From Octopus bimaculoides (lineage: Eukaryota): DNA of 37,432 nucleotides. The stretch's first letter is position 1. Each line of letters opens with the position of its first letter. Below are positions 36,351 to 37,432 of the stretch, in pieces. Both the position numbers and the translations under genes were made by a program. The DNA lies in assembly GCF_001194135.2 (NCBI RefSeq), contig NC_069000.1, forward strand, positions 38,869,065-38,906,496, written 5' to 3'. Below the pieces are notes generated by a model. That model worked only from the letters and a program-made list of their open reading frames with translations, did no database searches and was not told the origin of the DNA.

Positions 36351-37094
36351 CAAGTTAAAAAAATATTAGGCACTCTCCTCTTAGTTTACAATACTTTTTT
36401 ATGCTCTATGTAAAAGTAACTTTATTTGTCAGTATATGTAGATATCTATATGCTTGTACGTATGTGTTTATCTACTGAATGCATTGTCTATATATTTATT
36501 TCAAGCCATATCTTGTTTATCTGTATTATTATATCACTCTCTTTCTCTCTCTTTCTTTCTCTCTCCTTCTCTCTCTGTATATATATATATATATATATGT
36601 TGTCACGTGTCAATTATACTACAGTTACATGCGTGTATCCATCTTTCAGTATCATTTATTTATTTATATTAAATTATCGCGTTTTACTACTGTAACCGCT
36701 ATGCAGAATTACTCTGCCTTTATTGTTCACATTTTCGTGACCCTCACTTAAATGTTAACCACATCCGCTGGTTTTCTTTACTTTCTTTCTGTATTCTGTT
36801 CTTGTTCCCTTCTCAGGTATCTATTTTTTTTATATGTAATTAACATGCTGTAAACAATGCCATCCGTTTCTGCGTTCTGTAAAATATCACGATAACCTTG
36901 CATAACACGTCAGGTATAATGCTCATCGAGTTTAACCTGGCATGGAAATATGATTCTCGTGTTAAATTGACATTGCATCATTTATGGATATGTTCAGGGA
37001 TATAAACGGTTATGCCTTTCGGGCCTCATTTTACCTACATACATTGATTTCGATAACCTAGCAACTGCAATTTTAGAGGCATCGTATAATGCGG

Positions 37095-37304
37095 TTTCAA
37101 ATTCAGGCACAAGGCTCGTAATTTCGGTATAGGGGATAAGTTGATAACATCGAGCCCAGTGCTCAAATGGTACTTATCTTTATCGACCGCGAAAGGATGA
37201 GAGGCAAAGTCGCCCACGGCGTCATTTGAACTCAGAACTCAGAACGTAAAGACGAACGAAATATCGGTCTTTTGCCCGGCGTGCTAACGATTCTCACCGC
37301 CTTA
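37095..37304 (-). mobile_element. family A SINE
   Basis: ggtacttatctttatcgaccgcgaaaggatgagaggcaaagtc...tttgaactcagaactcagaacgtaaagacg...cccggcgtgctaacg; contains a 7-bp internal duplication. Confidence 0.88.
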
Positions 37305-37398
37305 TGTGTATAAAAGCAATATTGGTTTCAAAAGTTGCTAACTAACAAACAAACTGTTTCCTCTGTTTCCGAACAAGAGCGTATTCTCGAAACGTTAA

Positions 37399-37432
<34 letters not shown>

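Noticed and set aside
37368-37397. Hammerhead-like gag-cgtatt-ctc-gaaacgtt
   Set aside because: The upstream core reads CCGAACA rather than CUGANGA and no stem I is evident; at most a dead remnant.

Overview
Eukaryotic, AT-rich, repeat-dense scaffold segment with nine N-gaps. It is most likely cephalopod (Octopus-like); this is inferred from recalled SINE families and the microsatellite spectrum, not from a search. There are no prokaryotic features, CRISPR arrays or intact RNA genes. No host gene could be named, and most of the supplied ORFs are gap or microsatellite artefacts. The supportable content is about 17 tRNA-derived SINE copies of at least four architectures, several decayed retroelements and four DNA-transposon remnants, plus many simple repeats. 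The retroelements are a CRE-like restriction-endonuclease LINE 3' part (21320-22165), a Penelope-like RT fragment with YRDD (31440-32258), several RTE 3' ends including a tandem triplet, CR1-like traces and a repeat embedded in (AAT)n. The DNA transposons are an internally deleted mariner and three MITEs. The best host-gene candidate is a GC-rich ORF or first exon at 4797, just after a GCGCATGCG motif. I did not find a convincing novel biological system; the most interesting signals are mobile-element architecture and a few unassigned candidate exons. Element boundaries are approximate unless a motif or TSD is quoted.
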